Assembly (NCBI GenBank): GCA_002633005.1
Contig: NMRA01000724.1
Location: 68,328-132,327, forward strand
Source of the DNA: Phoronis australis
Lineage: Eukaryota > Animalia > Phoronida
Direction: 5' to 3'
DNA length: 64,000 bases
Shown in pieces: positions 39,458-51,693 of the stretch. How positions within the stretch are numbered: the first letter of the stretch is position 1; every line of letters starts with the position of its first letter. The translations under genes were made by a program, and so were the position numbers. Under the pieces are notes generated by a model. It did not search any database. It was not told where the DNA came from and saw only the letters and a program-made list of their open reading frames with translations.

Positions 39458-41423
39458 TTAAGAAAATCCATGAAACTCAAAGTTCTCCTCATTTAGTGGC
39501 GGAGGGTAGAAAGCTCTGGTGCAGGCTACTGCGCATGCTGGAATGACAACACGGACAGTTCGTCCTAAGTGACCATGTACCCATCTTTGGAACTGTCTGT
39601 AGGCCACATGTTGCATCCTTTTATCCAAGGGTCTGTCACAGCCATCAGGATACTGACTTTTGTATTGCAGCCATGCAGTCCCCAAAACATCATGCTTGAT
39701 GCATACAGGTTTAAAACCCCCATGCTCCACAATACATTTTTTCTTCTGTCTAATTAAGTTGTCACGCTTCATTTTTTCATCAAGTTTTGCAACATACTCT
39801 TTCTTCAACAACTGGGGTTGTCTGACAGTTGCCTCTGGTACACCTGCAAGGTGTGTCAACAAAAATACATTACTTCAGTGAACATCAAAATTTCGAATTG
39901 AAAATTTTACCAAGAGTGCCTCACCCAAATATAATTGAGGGGGCTGCATGTGACCAGTTTTCAAGAAAATTGATTGTTCAGAGTAAACCGCACTTGAGCA
40001 GCGACCTGTTTACAACAACAAATATCAAATCTGTTTCCAAAAAACAAACTTTGGAACATCACAACCTACAGGTGTTTATTTTCATATAAATTCATCAGTA
40101 TATAGTAAAGATATTTACTTTTCATACAAATGAATAGTGCTACACCCAAGGCAGTGCTAGTTCATGCCCAGGGGATATAGTAATGGACATTAGTTGTTTG
40201 ATTTTTAGCTGAGCCTAAGACACAAGGTAGTTATCCTGATTCATTGATGGAGGGGACTGTTTTATAAGTAGTCGTGAGACCTGTTTTCCCAATCTGCACC
40301 CTATCGGCACCCACATATTAATCAAAGTAGACAATGCCAATGAGGCAAACCAACTTGAAAAGCAGTGTTACCACTCAAAGGGTCGCCCACATTGTAGATA
40401 TTACCGTAAACATTTCTTAAGACTTCTCCATATGCTATATGAGCAATCACCAATCCAATGGGATGCCCTCTACACTCTATAGAAACTTTACCAGACAGTT
40501 CCTACCCAAGTCGACTCGTACCCAGACCATGTACCGTATTTTATAATGGCAACATTGGGTCAATAAACATAGACATGAAATGGTTGTTTCCATTTCAAGC
40601 ATCGCCTTACAAAATAAAATTGTGGGTCCGAGTTGACTTGGCCCTTGAGTACGAAAATGAAGTGACCTGTTCTATAACCTATAGAATTATATGTCCCCCC
40701 AGCCCTGAGGTGAGAAAGTCTTTAATTATAAAATTGTGATTCTTTCATCCTCTTTACACTTCACAGTCGATTATTCCAAAGTGGTTCTCATTCTTTCCCT
40801 TGCATACATTTATTCACTCAGTAGTAAAACCGAGCTCAGTCTCAGAGAAGTAGGAGACAATTTTGTGCAAAGCTCAATATATTGTCTGCCAGAGAAAGCC
40901 AGGATTCACGAGCTCAAACCAGCGAGCCACACTGTCTACAAATAATCTTAGAGACCAAACACTTTTTGCTAAAATTCAAAAAAATCACAGTTTTTTATTA
41001 CTGAAACTGGTATTCATCCATGGCTGAAACAATGTTCACCAGTGGAGATGTGGGCACCTGGGACTCACCGGTAAAGCACCTATTGAATTTTGAATTAAAA
41101 AAGACCGAGTAATGGATACATCTTAATAATATTCTTACCATTCACTAACATCTAATCGCAACTCCTGCACACCTTCTGCCCTTGTATGTTCACTGCACGA
41201 ACTGGCTGGGGCTGAGTCTTCGACGACTGGGGCAAGGGCCGTGAAAGGGATCGAGGGAGAACGGCTCCACAACAGGAAAGCTGTGAACACTAATTGTTCC
41301 TATGGGATCTGTCACTTGCTCCTCCACGTCCGAAAGGTCGGAATCATCTGAAAAGTCCACCTGTCTGTCCCTGTATTTTTCAAAGTATTCCTCATCTACG
41401 CTGCTGTATTCACTAGGACACAC
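39458..41423 (-). pseudogene. KolX / P2X7 cytoplasmic ballast-like gene (exons 41423-41139 and 39843-39458), disrupted
   Basis: Spliced W|CTRGNCQTTPVVEERVCCK, then CIVEHGGFKPVC and RMQHVAYRQFQRWVHGHLGRTVRVVIPACAV...FYP. One stop at about 41190 and one frameshift at about 39785. Confidence 0.88.
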
Positions 41424-41989
41424 ATTGTTTCCTTTGTGTTCCCCTACACCACCTCACAGATGTGTAACGAACGAAAATGGCGCCGTTTCTATTCTCCGTT
41501 ACAACAATGGTGTTACAACACCACGACACTAAATTTGTAGATAACTTTGTATAGCGACGTACAATTCAGTTAATGTTAAGAATATAGCAATTATAATTCT
41601 AATTCTAATTATAATTATAATTATAAACAAAAATTTAGACCATATTGTTGTTCAGATTGGTTTGGACCTTGCAATTTCCTCTTTAACCCTAATGGATACA
41701 ACTGTAGTGTTGTGCTGTGGTAATGCCCCTTTATGGTTCAGCAGAAAACAAAGATTGATCTCACCCTTCAGTTTCATAATACCATTCATATACAACATAC
41801 ACATGGCTGTCCTGTTTACAGTGCTTTATTCTTGCAGTACAACCCACGACAGCATCAAGTATCGAGTCCAAGAACAACACAAAAGGTGGGAAAATTCATA
41901 TGAGTGATAGAAGCGTTGCTGTAACCTTGTAACCAAGTCATGGTGCAACAAAGCAAATCTCCAGTAACACCAAAATATCTATTTCACCT

Positions 41990-42800
41990 CAGTTGCACAT
42001 GACGTATGCTCATTTCCCTAAAGGCCAAGGGAGGAAACACCCTTCTCTGAAAGCTGTCGCTAGTGAAGTGCTTGACACATACAGTCACGTCTGTATGGCC
42101 CATGTAACAGCGCACTGAGATGCAACAAAGACATTTAGCATAAGAATAAATGAACAATAGCAACCAAATAAGCATAAGTGTTACAATAAACAGTTTCTTA
42201 AGTCTCGTAACATTGATAATGTGAAAAAGGCTGTTGATATTTGATTTTTGTAAAGGTGATGTTGATTAACTTGATATTCTAGTAACATATCTGTTGTTTT
42301 TAGTCATGGTGCCGATAACGGTGGTTAGAATATTTAGTTATAGGTTGTGCAGTCTATCAGCTCACAATGGTTTGTTACTAAACAATGCTATTTCACCACA
42401 TATAGCTTTGGTAACTAAATTTGTATTTCGTGCTTGCAGACTTGACCACAATTCCTTCCAATATCACCAGCGAGAACAAAACAGCAGGTTTGTAAACGTT
42501 CGGATTATAGTTAGTTTGTTGAGGCTCTGACATTAGACCAGTCGCGTTCTGCAACACCAGAGTTTGTGACACAACTGTTCAAATGACCAATTGACCAATA
42601 AAATTTTGATCTCTTAGACATAAACCTATCATACTTTACTTTCTCCCACGTGCTTGAAAATGAGGCTGTGACCCAAAGCACATGACCTAATAAACAATCT
42701 AGATTATGCTTGTGATTCAATAGCTCACTTGCGTCAGTTTCCAGTTATTCATTGTGTCATCACCGGAAGTTAATGGGCAAAATCCGCCATATTGCCCGTG
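41990..42800 (-). pseudogene. Second decayed THAP-like remnant
   Basis: TDVTVCVKHFTSDSF motif (about 42050-42095) after an AG acceptor; upstream aatatggcgg YY1-like motif at about 42790. Confidence 0.4.
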
Positions 42801-44388
42801 TTTTGCCCCGAGTCTTTGCTACACATGCTAAATCTTATTGGAGTTCTCATGGAGAATTTTACGCTTAAAACATTAACATAACTTAAGAGATGGTAGATGG
42901 AATAAGTATAAATTGACAAAGAAAAGGTTAACTTGTTATGTTGTGCGAAGCTGTGAACGGACTGAAATTGCCACTCGACCCGGGCTAGGCCTGAAATGCA
43001 GCAGGCATAGGACAGGGACGATAGAATGTCCCCATAAAATACAGCACATAAATGAAACGTGCATATGTGCACATGAAGTTATAATTAACACATACCATGA
43101 CTCTAGATACAATCTAGTCAAAAAATAACTTGAACTTATCCATGAAAATCTCGCGGTTCGCTCGAGTTTCTGTCACCAGGCACCATTTTGAAGAAATTAT
43201 GTGAAATCACGCCTGTTGACGAACAAAAAGTCCAAGGACCACAAATCTTACAAAATTCACTTGATATCTTCTCACTGCTATTTTGCAAGTGTCCCACGCC
43301 AGGTCATGCGCTTTGCTCAGTCTCGCGGTGGCTTTTCTCTCATACTCATTTGACTCAGTTGAAATACTTGTGGTTATCGCACGCGTGTTGAAAAAGTGGC
43401 GGTAACCAAAAAGTGGAGTTGGAAATTTTCACAATTAAAAGTCACCTGAATTCTCGTAACTATGCTTCATCGAAAATATATTTAGAAACACGAATTATCA
43501 CTGAAGAAAGTAAGCGCCTTTTCAAGTGGTAGTTTTAAGTGTAAAATGTATTTTTGACGAGGTGAAAACTCTTTATCGGTGAGCGGATTTCGCCTACGGG
43601 CTGTTAAAAATACACAGGACGAAATTTGTACTGAACACGATGGGATGTTTGTAGCGCGAATCTGTATTACATTTCCCATAACAGCAATGCTTGTTTGGCA
43701 TTATTCATATTAAAAGATTAAAAATCCGAAGTAAACTGAACAGAATTCACTCTGCTACCGTATCTGGCAAATGGCCAAATTACAAGCTTTTGCCCTACTT
43801 TCAGTGACGTCTGTTAAGTCTCACAGAATCTCGCATCATTGTTATTAACTTGCAAAAAGACTATTGTAAGATGCAGTGCTCTAATGTTGCTGAGTTGTGA
43901 CCAATAGCCGATGAAGGCAATGTCCGGCAGAATTTACCACTGAGAGAACTTTGTGTTTGAGGTTCTGTTCAAGTAGTGGCAGCAATCGCTTGCTTTAATT
44001 GTCATCAATGTCCACAGTTCATTGTCAACTTGTTCATTTCAAGTACTCTCCTTGCATGCAAATTAAACATGGCACCTTTTATGGATATATTGCATGCCAC
44101 ATAGCAAAGGATGAAAATAGTCACAGTCTTGGATTATCAGCACATTTCACCTGTCTACCTAGTGCACCTATTACTACTGGGTGTGGAAATTTAAACTGTT
44201 TGTGAAATGGGTCTACGTATTACCATACTCGTCTGCATTACCGCCCAGGGTGCTTAAATTGGTAAATCTAAAAATGGGGTGGGCGGTAAGCTGAGCATGG
44301 GCGGTTAAAATCGTAATAAATGTGGTAATAAAAGTCATTATTACCGGGTAATCTTTATATAGACCCTGTGTGATCATTAATATTATAG

Positions 44389-44539
44389 GGAGTGTACCCA
44401 AGACTGATATTGTATTTGAAAAAGTTGTCAGTATCAAGTTTGCAACGTATGTTTTTTTTTCTACGGAGTGTACCCAAGACTGATATTGTATTTGAAAAAG
44501 TTGTCAGTATCAAGTTTGCAACGTATGTTTTTTTTCTAC
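44389..44539 (+). repeat. Tandem duplication of about 76 bp covering the 3' end of the intron before the TM exon
   Basis: ggagtgtacccaagactg...gtatgttttttttctac occurs twice; only the second copy is followed by AG. Confidence 0.92.
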
Positions 44540-44541
44540 AG

Positions 44542-44682
44542 GAACTGAAGGTCACAAATACTTGTCCATGGAGTTCATACTTCTGATCATGGTTGTGCCA
44601 GTGGTTTTGATTATTGCTACCTTGTGTCTTTATCTTCTTGGTTGCTTTGATTGGTTCAAGATCGTGATGTGTCGCAAGAAAG
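44542..44682 (+). CDS. TNFR-superfamily gene, transmembrane exon
   Basis: ttttctacAG acceptor, G|GTAAGT donor, 141 nt, phase 1-1. GTEGHKYLSMEFILLIMVVPVVLIIATLCLYLLGCFDWFKIVMCRKK is a hydrophobic helix followed by a basic stop-transfer segment. Confidence 0.85.
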
Positions 44683-46156
44683 GTAAGTCTGGTTATGGAG
44701 ATCAATTACGAAATGAACTGCTGACTTAGTATCTCTCATGAATTTCCTTACTTTCTTCAATGAATATATTTTTGATGGTTGCTATGGTACAAACATGAAC
44801 GTGGCATAGCATTAATTTAACGCTACATATTCTCTATGAAAAGATGAGAAAATTTCACTTGTCCGCCTTGTTGGTAAGATTTTATACTGTATTAGTCCAT
44901 TGCCTTATAATGTCATATAATAATCAGTTTGAGCATATATTCGAATGTACCGTAGCTTTTTATTTGAATGTAAGGCCATGGCCTTGAATATAATGTCATA
45001 GTGTTATCTTGGGGGATTGTTTGCAAAAGCTGCATTAGTTTGAATGAGAAATTCACAACTGTTGCTTTTTTGAATTATTTTTTCAGTATGTTCACGAAAT
45101 GATTTAACCCCACCAATATGTTATCAGCTTTGACAGTACTTAACATTTTGGTCGCAGCTAACTGAACAGAAATCATTACTAGCATTTCTATTTTTTCCAT
45201 TTTCCTCTGTATCTTGGGAGTTTCTTGAAATATGTTTGTGAGGTATGTAGGTTAATATTAAAGAATTTTTAGATGTTTGAAATTATGTATGCCATATAGT
45301 GGCCATTTTTATTGTTTTTGAGCTTCATCTGCCTCTCCATAGCCAAACCACTCTAAGGGTCATTGTGAAAATTGGTGTACTTGTTGCTACAGGGAAGAGC
45401 ATGATGGCAATGGCTTTTTTGATGGCTTCTAATTCTGTGGTGCCCCCTAGTGGCAGCGTTTTTCGTCTGTAACTGTTAGTCCTCAAATGCATTTCTGTGA
45501 ATGTAACAACAGAGGATGATGACTTTCAGGCATATCTGACTTTCATTGTGCCCTTAATAGTTATTTCACATTTTACATTTTCGTCTGTATTGCTTAAGTT
45601 CTTCTGGTGTCACTTTTTAGAAGACATTTTAGATGTATTTGAGCTGTTGCGTGCTACCCATTGTATTATTTTCTCGACTCATGAATTTGGTTTTCGCCTC
45701 TCTTCAGCCAAACCATTCCATGGATCATTATGAAATGTGACAACTGTGATTTTTCTTGGAACTGCTTGGCTGATGATTTTCAGCCATGTCCGATTGCTCT
45801 GTGTTCTCCAGTTAGTGGTAACTTCGTTTTTTCTTGTAGCTCAGTATCTACCAAGAATTGATCTTCATGAAATTCGCAAGTTTATTGAGAATACAGCTGA
45901 TGTGGATTTTGGATCAAATCTGGGCGCTGCCAAGTCCCCTAGTGGCAGTTTTGTTTTTCTCTGTGTCTGTTTTGATATCCATCAAGTTCCATGATGCACT
46001 TTGATGAAATTTGGAAAATAAGTTACTATCTCATACATGACAGTTCAAATCCTGGTGCACTGATATGAATTTCACTTATATTGCTCCTCCTAGTGGTCTT
46101 TTGTAATTATTTTTATGTCTTTGTTGCCCGTTTTTTTCTTGCAAATTATTTACCAG

Positions 46157-46204
46157 GTTCATGTTACAGCAACCAGTGTGACAGTATTAAATCAATTGCG
46201 ATTC
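46157..46204 (+). CDS. Candidate 48-nt juxtamembrane mini-exon of the TNFR gene (GSCYSNQCDSIKSIAI)
   Basis: Pyrimidine tract plus taccAG, donor C|GTAAGA, open in phase 1-1. No homology support. Confidence 0.45.
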
Positions 46205-46787
46205 GTAAGAATAACCTGAAGGATCTGCCTAGACACAGCAAGTGTGTGGGTCATTATCTACTTGCAATTAACTATTTCCTTCATTTTCTAAATACGAACT
46301 GCTCAACCCACTTGACACTTTTATGTAATGGTCTTGGTTTGTTCTTAATTTCTTCTGTCTCTTTCCTTGTCTTAAAGTTGAATATTGGACACACTTTAAA
46401 GTATGATACAGACCTGGAGGTAAATTTATGTCCTTTTTTGTTGTTACTGTTTTGTTCAGGAATCCCTTTGTGGTATGCATGGGAGAGGCTGCTTAAAGTG
46501 CTTAAAACCAACAACCTTGTTTTGACAAAATTCATTTGTCAGAAACATTAAAATTTCCTTTACGGCCATGAATTCAATATCCCCAAAAGGAGAAAATAGA
46601 AGGAAACCAACTTTAATTGAAAGTTTCTTAGATTAACAGACACGGGTGTGGCGTGTGAGTACCTACTGCCAGTGTGTCATGCCAAAAACACGCGGTTTTC
46701 TTCTTTTGTACAAACTTGTGCGCTGTCTGTGCTTCTCTGATGCTCTACGGGAAAGCGAAATATCGACAGCATGCTCACATCCACCAG

Positions 46788-46936
46788 GGCTGAGTTGCAT
46801 AAAGCTTCAAAAGTTATCCGCTGGATAAGTTTGATTGTTGCATGACGTCGGGTGCATTGTTTAACAATAACAACGTGATGAATGGTAATGCATGTCATTG
46901 TTGCTATACGGCGTATAACTTTTATGCAACTGAGCC
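46788..46936. mobile_element. PIF/Harbinger-type MITE, 149 bp
   Basis: TIR ggctgagttgcataaa / tttatgcaactgagcc, TSD CAG. Confidence 0.8.
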
Positions 46937-47367
46937 CAGGAGCACAACTTTCCACCATTCTTTGTTGTACAACTATTAACCGTGAGAAAATGAGGCTGAC
47001 TTATGCTGTGATTGTAGTATGTGTCAACAAATGCGTCTAACTCAAAATCAGCTAATTAAAATATCGTCAGGTAATTTTTTCAATGTTCTAATTCCAAAGG
47101 TGATGGACTGGTGGGGTCGTTTTTTGGTGTTTTTTATATGGAATTGGCGGTTTTAAGCACTCTAAGCTTATGTAGCACCCTAGAAAGTGTCCTTTAGAAC
47201 GTTCAATTCTTATGAAACTTTCAAATACTATGCTTTGTGCTCTGTTCCTCCATATACTGTCAGAAACTGTAGTGTTATAAATTATTCCACTTTTGCATGA
47301 GGGACTATCAAAAATAGGGCTTCATTTTTTTCATGAAAGAAATTATTTCATAAAACCAAAATGTAAT

Positions 47368-49589
47368 CAGTGTTCTCCACATCTGAAAATCTAAACAGGT
47401 CGCACGCGTAAAAACTGCAATGTGCCGGAACCGCGCGGCGGTCAACGTTTTCCATAAGCTAGTGTGCAGTTTTTTGTGCACCTTATTTTTACCCACTCAT
47501 TTTAATAGTAATGCACAGTAGTGCAAACAAATAACTTTGTATTCAACTTTTTATTTTTAAAAGTTGGACTTATTTTACAAACATATCACATATGTCATAA
47601 CCCATTTGCTTAGTCAATGACTTTGAAATGGAAGTCTACACAGTGTTTGATACAGTATGGGGAAATGCTTTAGGCTACTCAATAATGATGTCAATGTCAA
47701 CTAAGTACAAAAAGTCTACACAGAAGTAAATTTTTCCTATGACGTAGACAGTCCAAGTGAAGTGTCTTTGTTAAGTCAGTCACATTTTTATGTCTTGATA
47801 GCAGAGTTAACGTTTTCTAGTCTCAGTCTGTACGTGTAATATCTTGCACATTCTTACAGTCTGAATTCGATGTTCTGAAGCTGGTACAACATATTGCACT
47901 TCTGCACTACCAGAACTCTTGTAAAAACTGCACAATACGCGAGTCTCCCTTGAATGCAAATTAGTTAGGGTAAACAAAACAATTCACTTGCGTTTTCCAT
48001 CTAGGCCTACTTGGACGGGAGTGTCAGGCCTGTTGATGACAACCAATATTTCTTTTAAAGATATCAACTGAATTATCAAACGCTTGCAATTGTGGAATTC
48101 CCATAATTTTCTGGATTGTCACAAACTCATTCTTCCAGATGAAAACCATCTATTCTCATGTTAGAGGGAATTGTATTCATTTGTATTGCCGATATCTGAC
48201 GTTGTCGGCAAAAATTCGGTTCACCGTTTGTGACACGGATATCTTCGATTCGTTGACCGAGCCCGGCAATATCACCACCATCTGGCCCTGGATTATCTGT
48301 CGTAGCTGCATCTGAGTCAACGTCAGTATCTGAAACATCTCTCGGCTTTTAAAATAATCCTTAGGTTTAGCGGTGCTTCGCTTTCGCGCGGCAGACGACA
48401 TTTCTAAGTATGTAGAATGCGCATGTCAATTGGTAACGGAAGCCAGGATAGAATTCACTAACGTAAGGACCACGCTAGGTAAACAAAACTCTGCGAGATT
48501 ACGCGAGATATTACCGCTTGATTTCAATGAGAGCACGTGATTTTGGCTGCAATTTCTCAGCGCGAAACACATATACTTTGAACTTTACTCAGTGACGTCA
48601 CCCGCTGTCCCAAATCTCGGAATACTCCCCCGAAACCGCAAACGTCAAAGCCACTGTCGAAATTGAGTTTGCGAACGGCTCGGCAGATTTTTAGAGGGAG
48701 TATGCGCCACAAACATAATGTTCATGCTGCCAACGAAACTCCTTATAAGGCAACGAGATGAACTCGGTCAATCTCAATGGGCCGGTGGCACAAAAATTAA
48801 CCAATAATATTCATCTAAGTGAGAAATACACAAACAACAACCAATGAGAACCATCAAAGTCAGTTTCATGCAAATGTTTTTGAGACTGGTATCGGTAAAG
48901 TCTGTCGTGGGGTCTACGGAATATTGAAAAATGTGCTACGAAAACCAAAATTCTGGCCTCCCAGAAGACGGCCGTTGTATAACGGCTGCGCAACGGTGTC
49001 TTTGCTGACAACACTAACCACCGAGCCTTAATTATTTTATTTTCAATGGGTAGTATGATTAGTTCTCTGCCAAACACAAAAAGGTGACTGCAAAAGCGAA
49101 AAGGCCTAACGCAACGATCAGCGACTTTCGTGCCGGACTGCACCTCCAGTGAGCAGGTATAGTGGATTAGGCGTATAGGTAGCACTGGGCCTTTGTTTAA
49201 ATTGACTAGTTGTTCGGGATGAATTGAAAAGATAATCGAGAGATTATTTACACGCTGCGTTACATCATAAATAGACTTGCGGCCCGGTCTGCCGCTTGAG
49301 TGAGTCCGGTGATTAGGCTGTCCACAACGGACCACCGACTTCCTTAGACTTAGCCTTTATTCAGTTTCAATGGGCTATGGCCAGTTGCTGTCGAGCGTAA
49401 TTTGAACCAGTGAAGGACTTATTAACGACGACGTCTTTTTTACAAAGTAGAACCTATATTTTTAAACTGGTCGTGAGATTTTTAAACAGGACGCTGGATT
49501 TTTAAACAGGACGCGGGACATTTAAACAGGACGCGCGCTCGGCCAAACAGGACGCTGCGACACGTTAAAAGTGGTCGTGGAGAACACTG
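47368..49589. mobile_element. hAT-like non-autonomous element with 5-bp TSD, 2.2 kb
   Basis: TIR cagtgttctccac / gtggagaacactg, TSD GTAAT, subterminal aaacaggacgc repeats at 49480-49556. Confidence 0.85.
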
Positions 49590-51158
49590 GTAATGATATA
49601 TTTGAAAACTGTAACAGCGTTTCTAAGATCACATCTTGAACATTGCGTCTCTTCAAATAAAATTTCATCATGTCTCTGACACTGTTGCTTTGTTATAAAT
49701 GTATCTTTCTTTTTGTTAATTTTCAGTAAAAAATACATGGTCACACGACCCTATTAATAATAAATGGTAAAAGGTCAAAAAATCAAATTCTTCAAGCTTT
49801 CATTGTTCAGATACAATATCATTCAAAATGTATAGTTTTGCAGATACTACGCAGACTTGTTGATGAAATCTTGCATAACCTTTTAAAGTCAGGGCTTTTA
49901 GGTTTCCCTTGCATAGGCTAACTTGCTTCTGTAGAAATATGAGAAAAGACCACTCAAGACTGAACTGAAATGGTAAGATGATATCCTTAATTCAGACTTT
50001 TTTCACTAGCCTATGTGCTGTAATACTTTTCCCTTATTTATGAAGGCTGGCAGTGTAGCTGTTTCACTTTTGTTTTGTGGTATTTTCTTGTTGGCATTAT
50101 TATTTAAAAGCACGAGCGCATGTAGTATTATGATGTAACATATCAAGAAGTTGCCATATGCTTCTCTACGACTGAACTACATGAGAACCGGTAACATGTA
50201 ATCACCAAGGTTTGATGAGATACCAATCTGTTCTGTCCCATTCAAGTTCGTTGGCTTTATGGGCATTCTCATTTAGAGGTTCCCTTTTCATGAATGATTT
50301 TTTTTTTCAGAAAATATGTTGTTTCTCATTCCGCAGTTCTGTTTTTAGAATTGCATTAATTCTTTCTTCACAAATGACTGTACTTTTTACTCCCTGACAT
50401 GATGCGTGCATGCCAGGATTTTCCGCAAGGTTTGCCTATAGCCAGAACCACAATTCATTTGATTTACGTAATTAGTTCTGTTAAGTCCTTGTTTTATGTC
50501 AAAGTTGCTGCTGGCAATGAATACAGGCCATGACCTGTCTTCAGAAGGGTTCCCCAAGTTTTCCACTTCAGATACCTTATTGGTGAACAGTTTCCATATA
50601 ATTATATGGCCTCTTTCTGAATATGAGTCCAGGCCTATGCATCGAGTACTAGAAAGGAAAAAATGAATGTCTTTCTGAACGTGGAACCTGGGGCTCGTTA
50701 TCAGAAAGTCCCTGTAAGCGCATGCTTGGACTATTATAGTTACCTTTCAAACGTATAACGAAATTTTCTGTATTCACATGTACTACAATTCATTGATGAT
50801 GTTTTGAGAAATGAAATAAGAGCAGAATAGGTCATCATCATGAGAAATGGCATACAGCTTAGGAGAAGATAAAATAATGCGTTCCTAAGGAATAAAGTAA
50901 AATCTCACAAATTTAGGGCATAACGTGGCCAACAAGGGGAACTTTCTTATCTTCTTTGTGAAACATTCGTTACACAAATTTTTTTGATATCCCCTCTTCA
51001 AGTTCTATTCAACAGCTACCATCAAAGTTTTGAAAAATTTTATACATTCAAAACAATGTTAGAAGCCTCGAAAAGTAGAAAAAGGAATATTTGTTCAATT
51101 GTTTTGTCTGGAGTTAGTGAAATTTTACAGTGTACTTATCAACTGATTTTACTTGCAG

Positions 51159-51245
51159 AGGATGGCAATAGCAATGGAGGAGAAAAAGAATCGTCAAGCC
51201 AGGGTCAAGATGAAGTGGAACTGTCTGTAATATCTACCATAAGTG
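51159..51245 (+). CDS. TNFR gene, cytoplasmic exon (DGNSNGGEKESSSQGQDEVELSVISTIS)
   Basis: ttgcAG acceptor, G|GTATG donor, 87 nt, phase 1-1, polar low-complexity composition typical of a receptor tail. Confidence 0.7.
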
Positions 51246-51250
51246 GTATG

Positions 51251-51693
51251 TATGGGCAGCGAAAAGGTTCAAAATAGACAACACTGCCAAATAAACAAGT
51301 GGTTTGACAAACAGACAAGTGGTTTGCTAAACAGACAAGTGATTCGTCAAATAAACAGGTCAAGAATGCTATGGTTTTCCAAACAGACAAGACAGCTTTG
51401 CAGATTCTGTCGGATAAACAAGTACCTACTGTTGAACGAACAAGTTCGGCGCGAGTAACCTGTCTGTTCGGCGCAACTAACTTGTTCGTTCGCTAAATAA
51501 CCTGTCTGTTTGTCGAAATTTAACCGTATAACCTGTCTGTTTGTCGAAATTTAACGAAATAACCTGTCTGTTTGTCGAAATTTAACCAAATAACCTGTCT
51601 GTTTGCCAAAACTGAACCAAATAACCTGTCTGTTTGAAAACTAACTTGTTTATTTGGTAGTGTTGTCTATTTTGAACCTTTTCGCTGCCCATA
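51251..51693. mobile_element. IS3EU-like MITE, 443 bp
   Basis: TIR of about 50 bp (TATGGGCAGCGAAAAGG...CCTTTTCGCTGCCCATA), 6-bp TSD GGTATG, internal aacctgtctgtttg repeats with a period of about 31 bp. Confidence 0.88.

Larger units (their letters stand above)
36939..41682. mobile_element. Kolobok DNA transposon relic, 4.7 kb
   Basis: TTAA on both sides, AG...CT termini, TIR agtgtaatttgcaaggtccaa versus agaggaaattgcaaggtccaa (reverse complement of the right end), and convergent THAP and KolX genes. Confidence 0.85.

Noticed and set aside
48811-49335. 174-aa minus-strand ORF
   Set aside because: Inside a non-autonomous element, non-ATG start, no motif recognised.
51455-51640. Regular repeats of about 31 bp as a CRISPR-like array
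   Set aside because: No unique spacers, eukaryotic context, and they lie within MITE TIRs.
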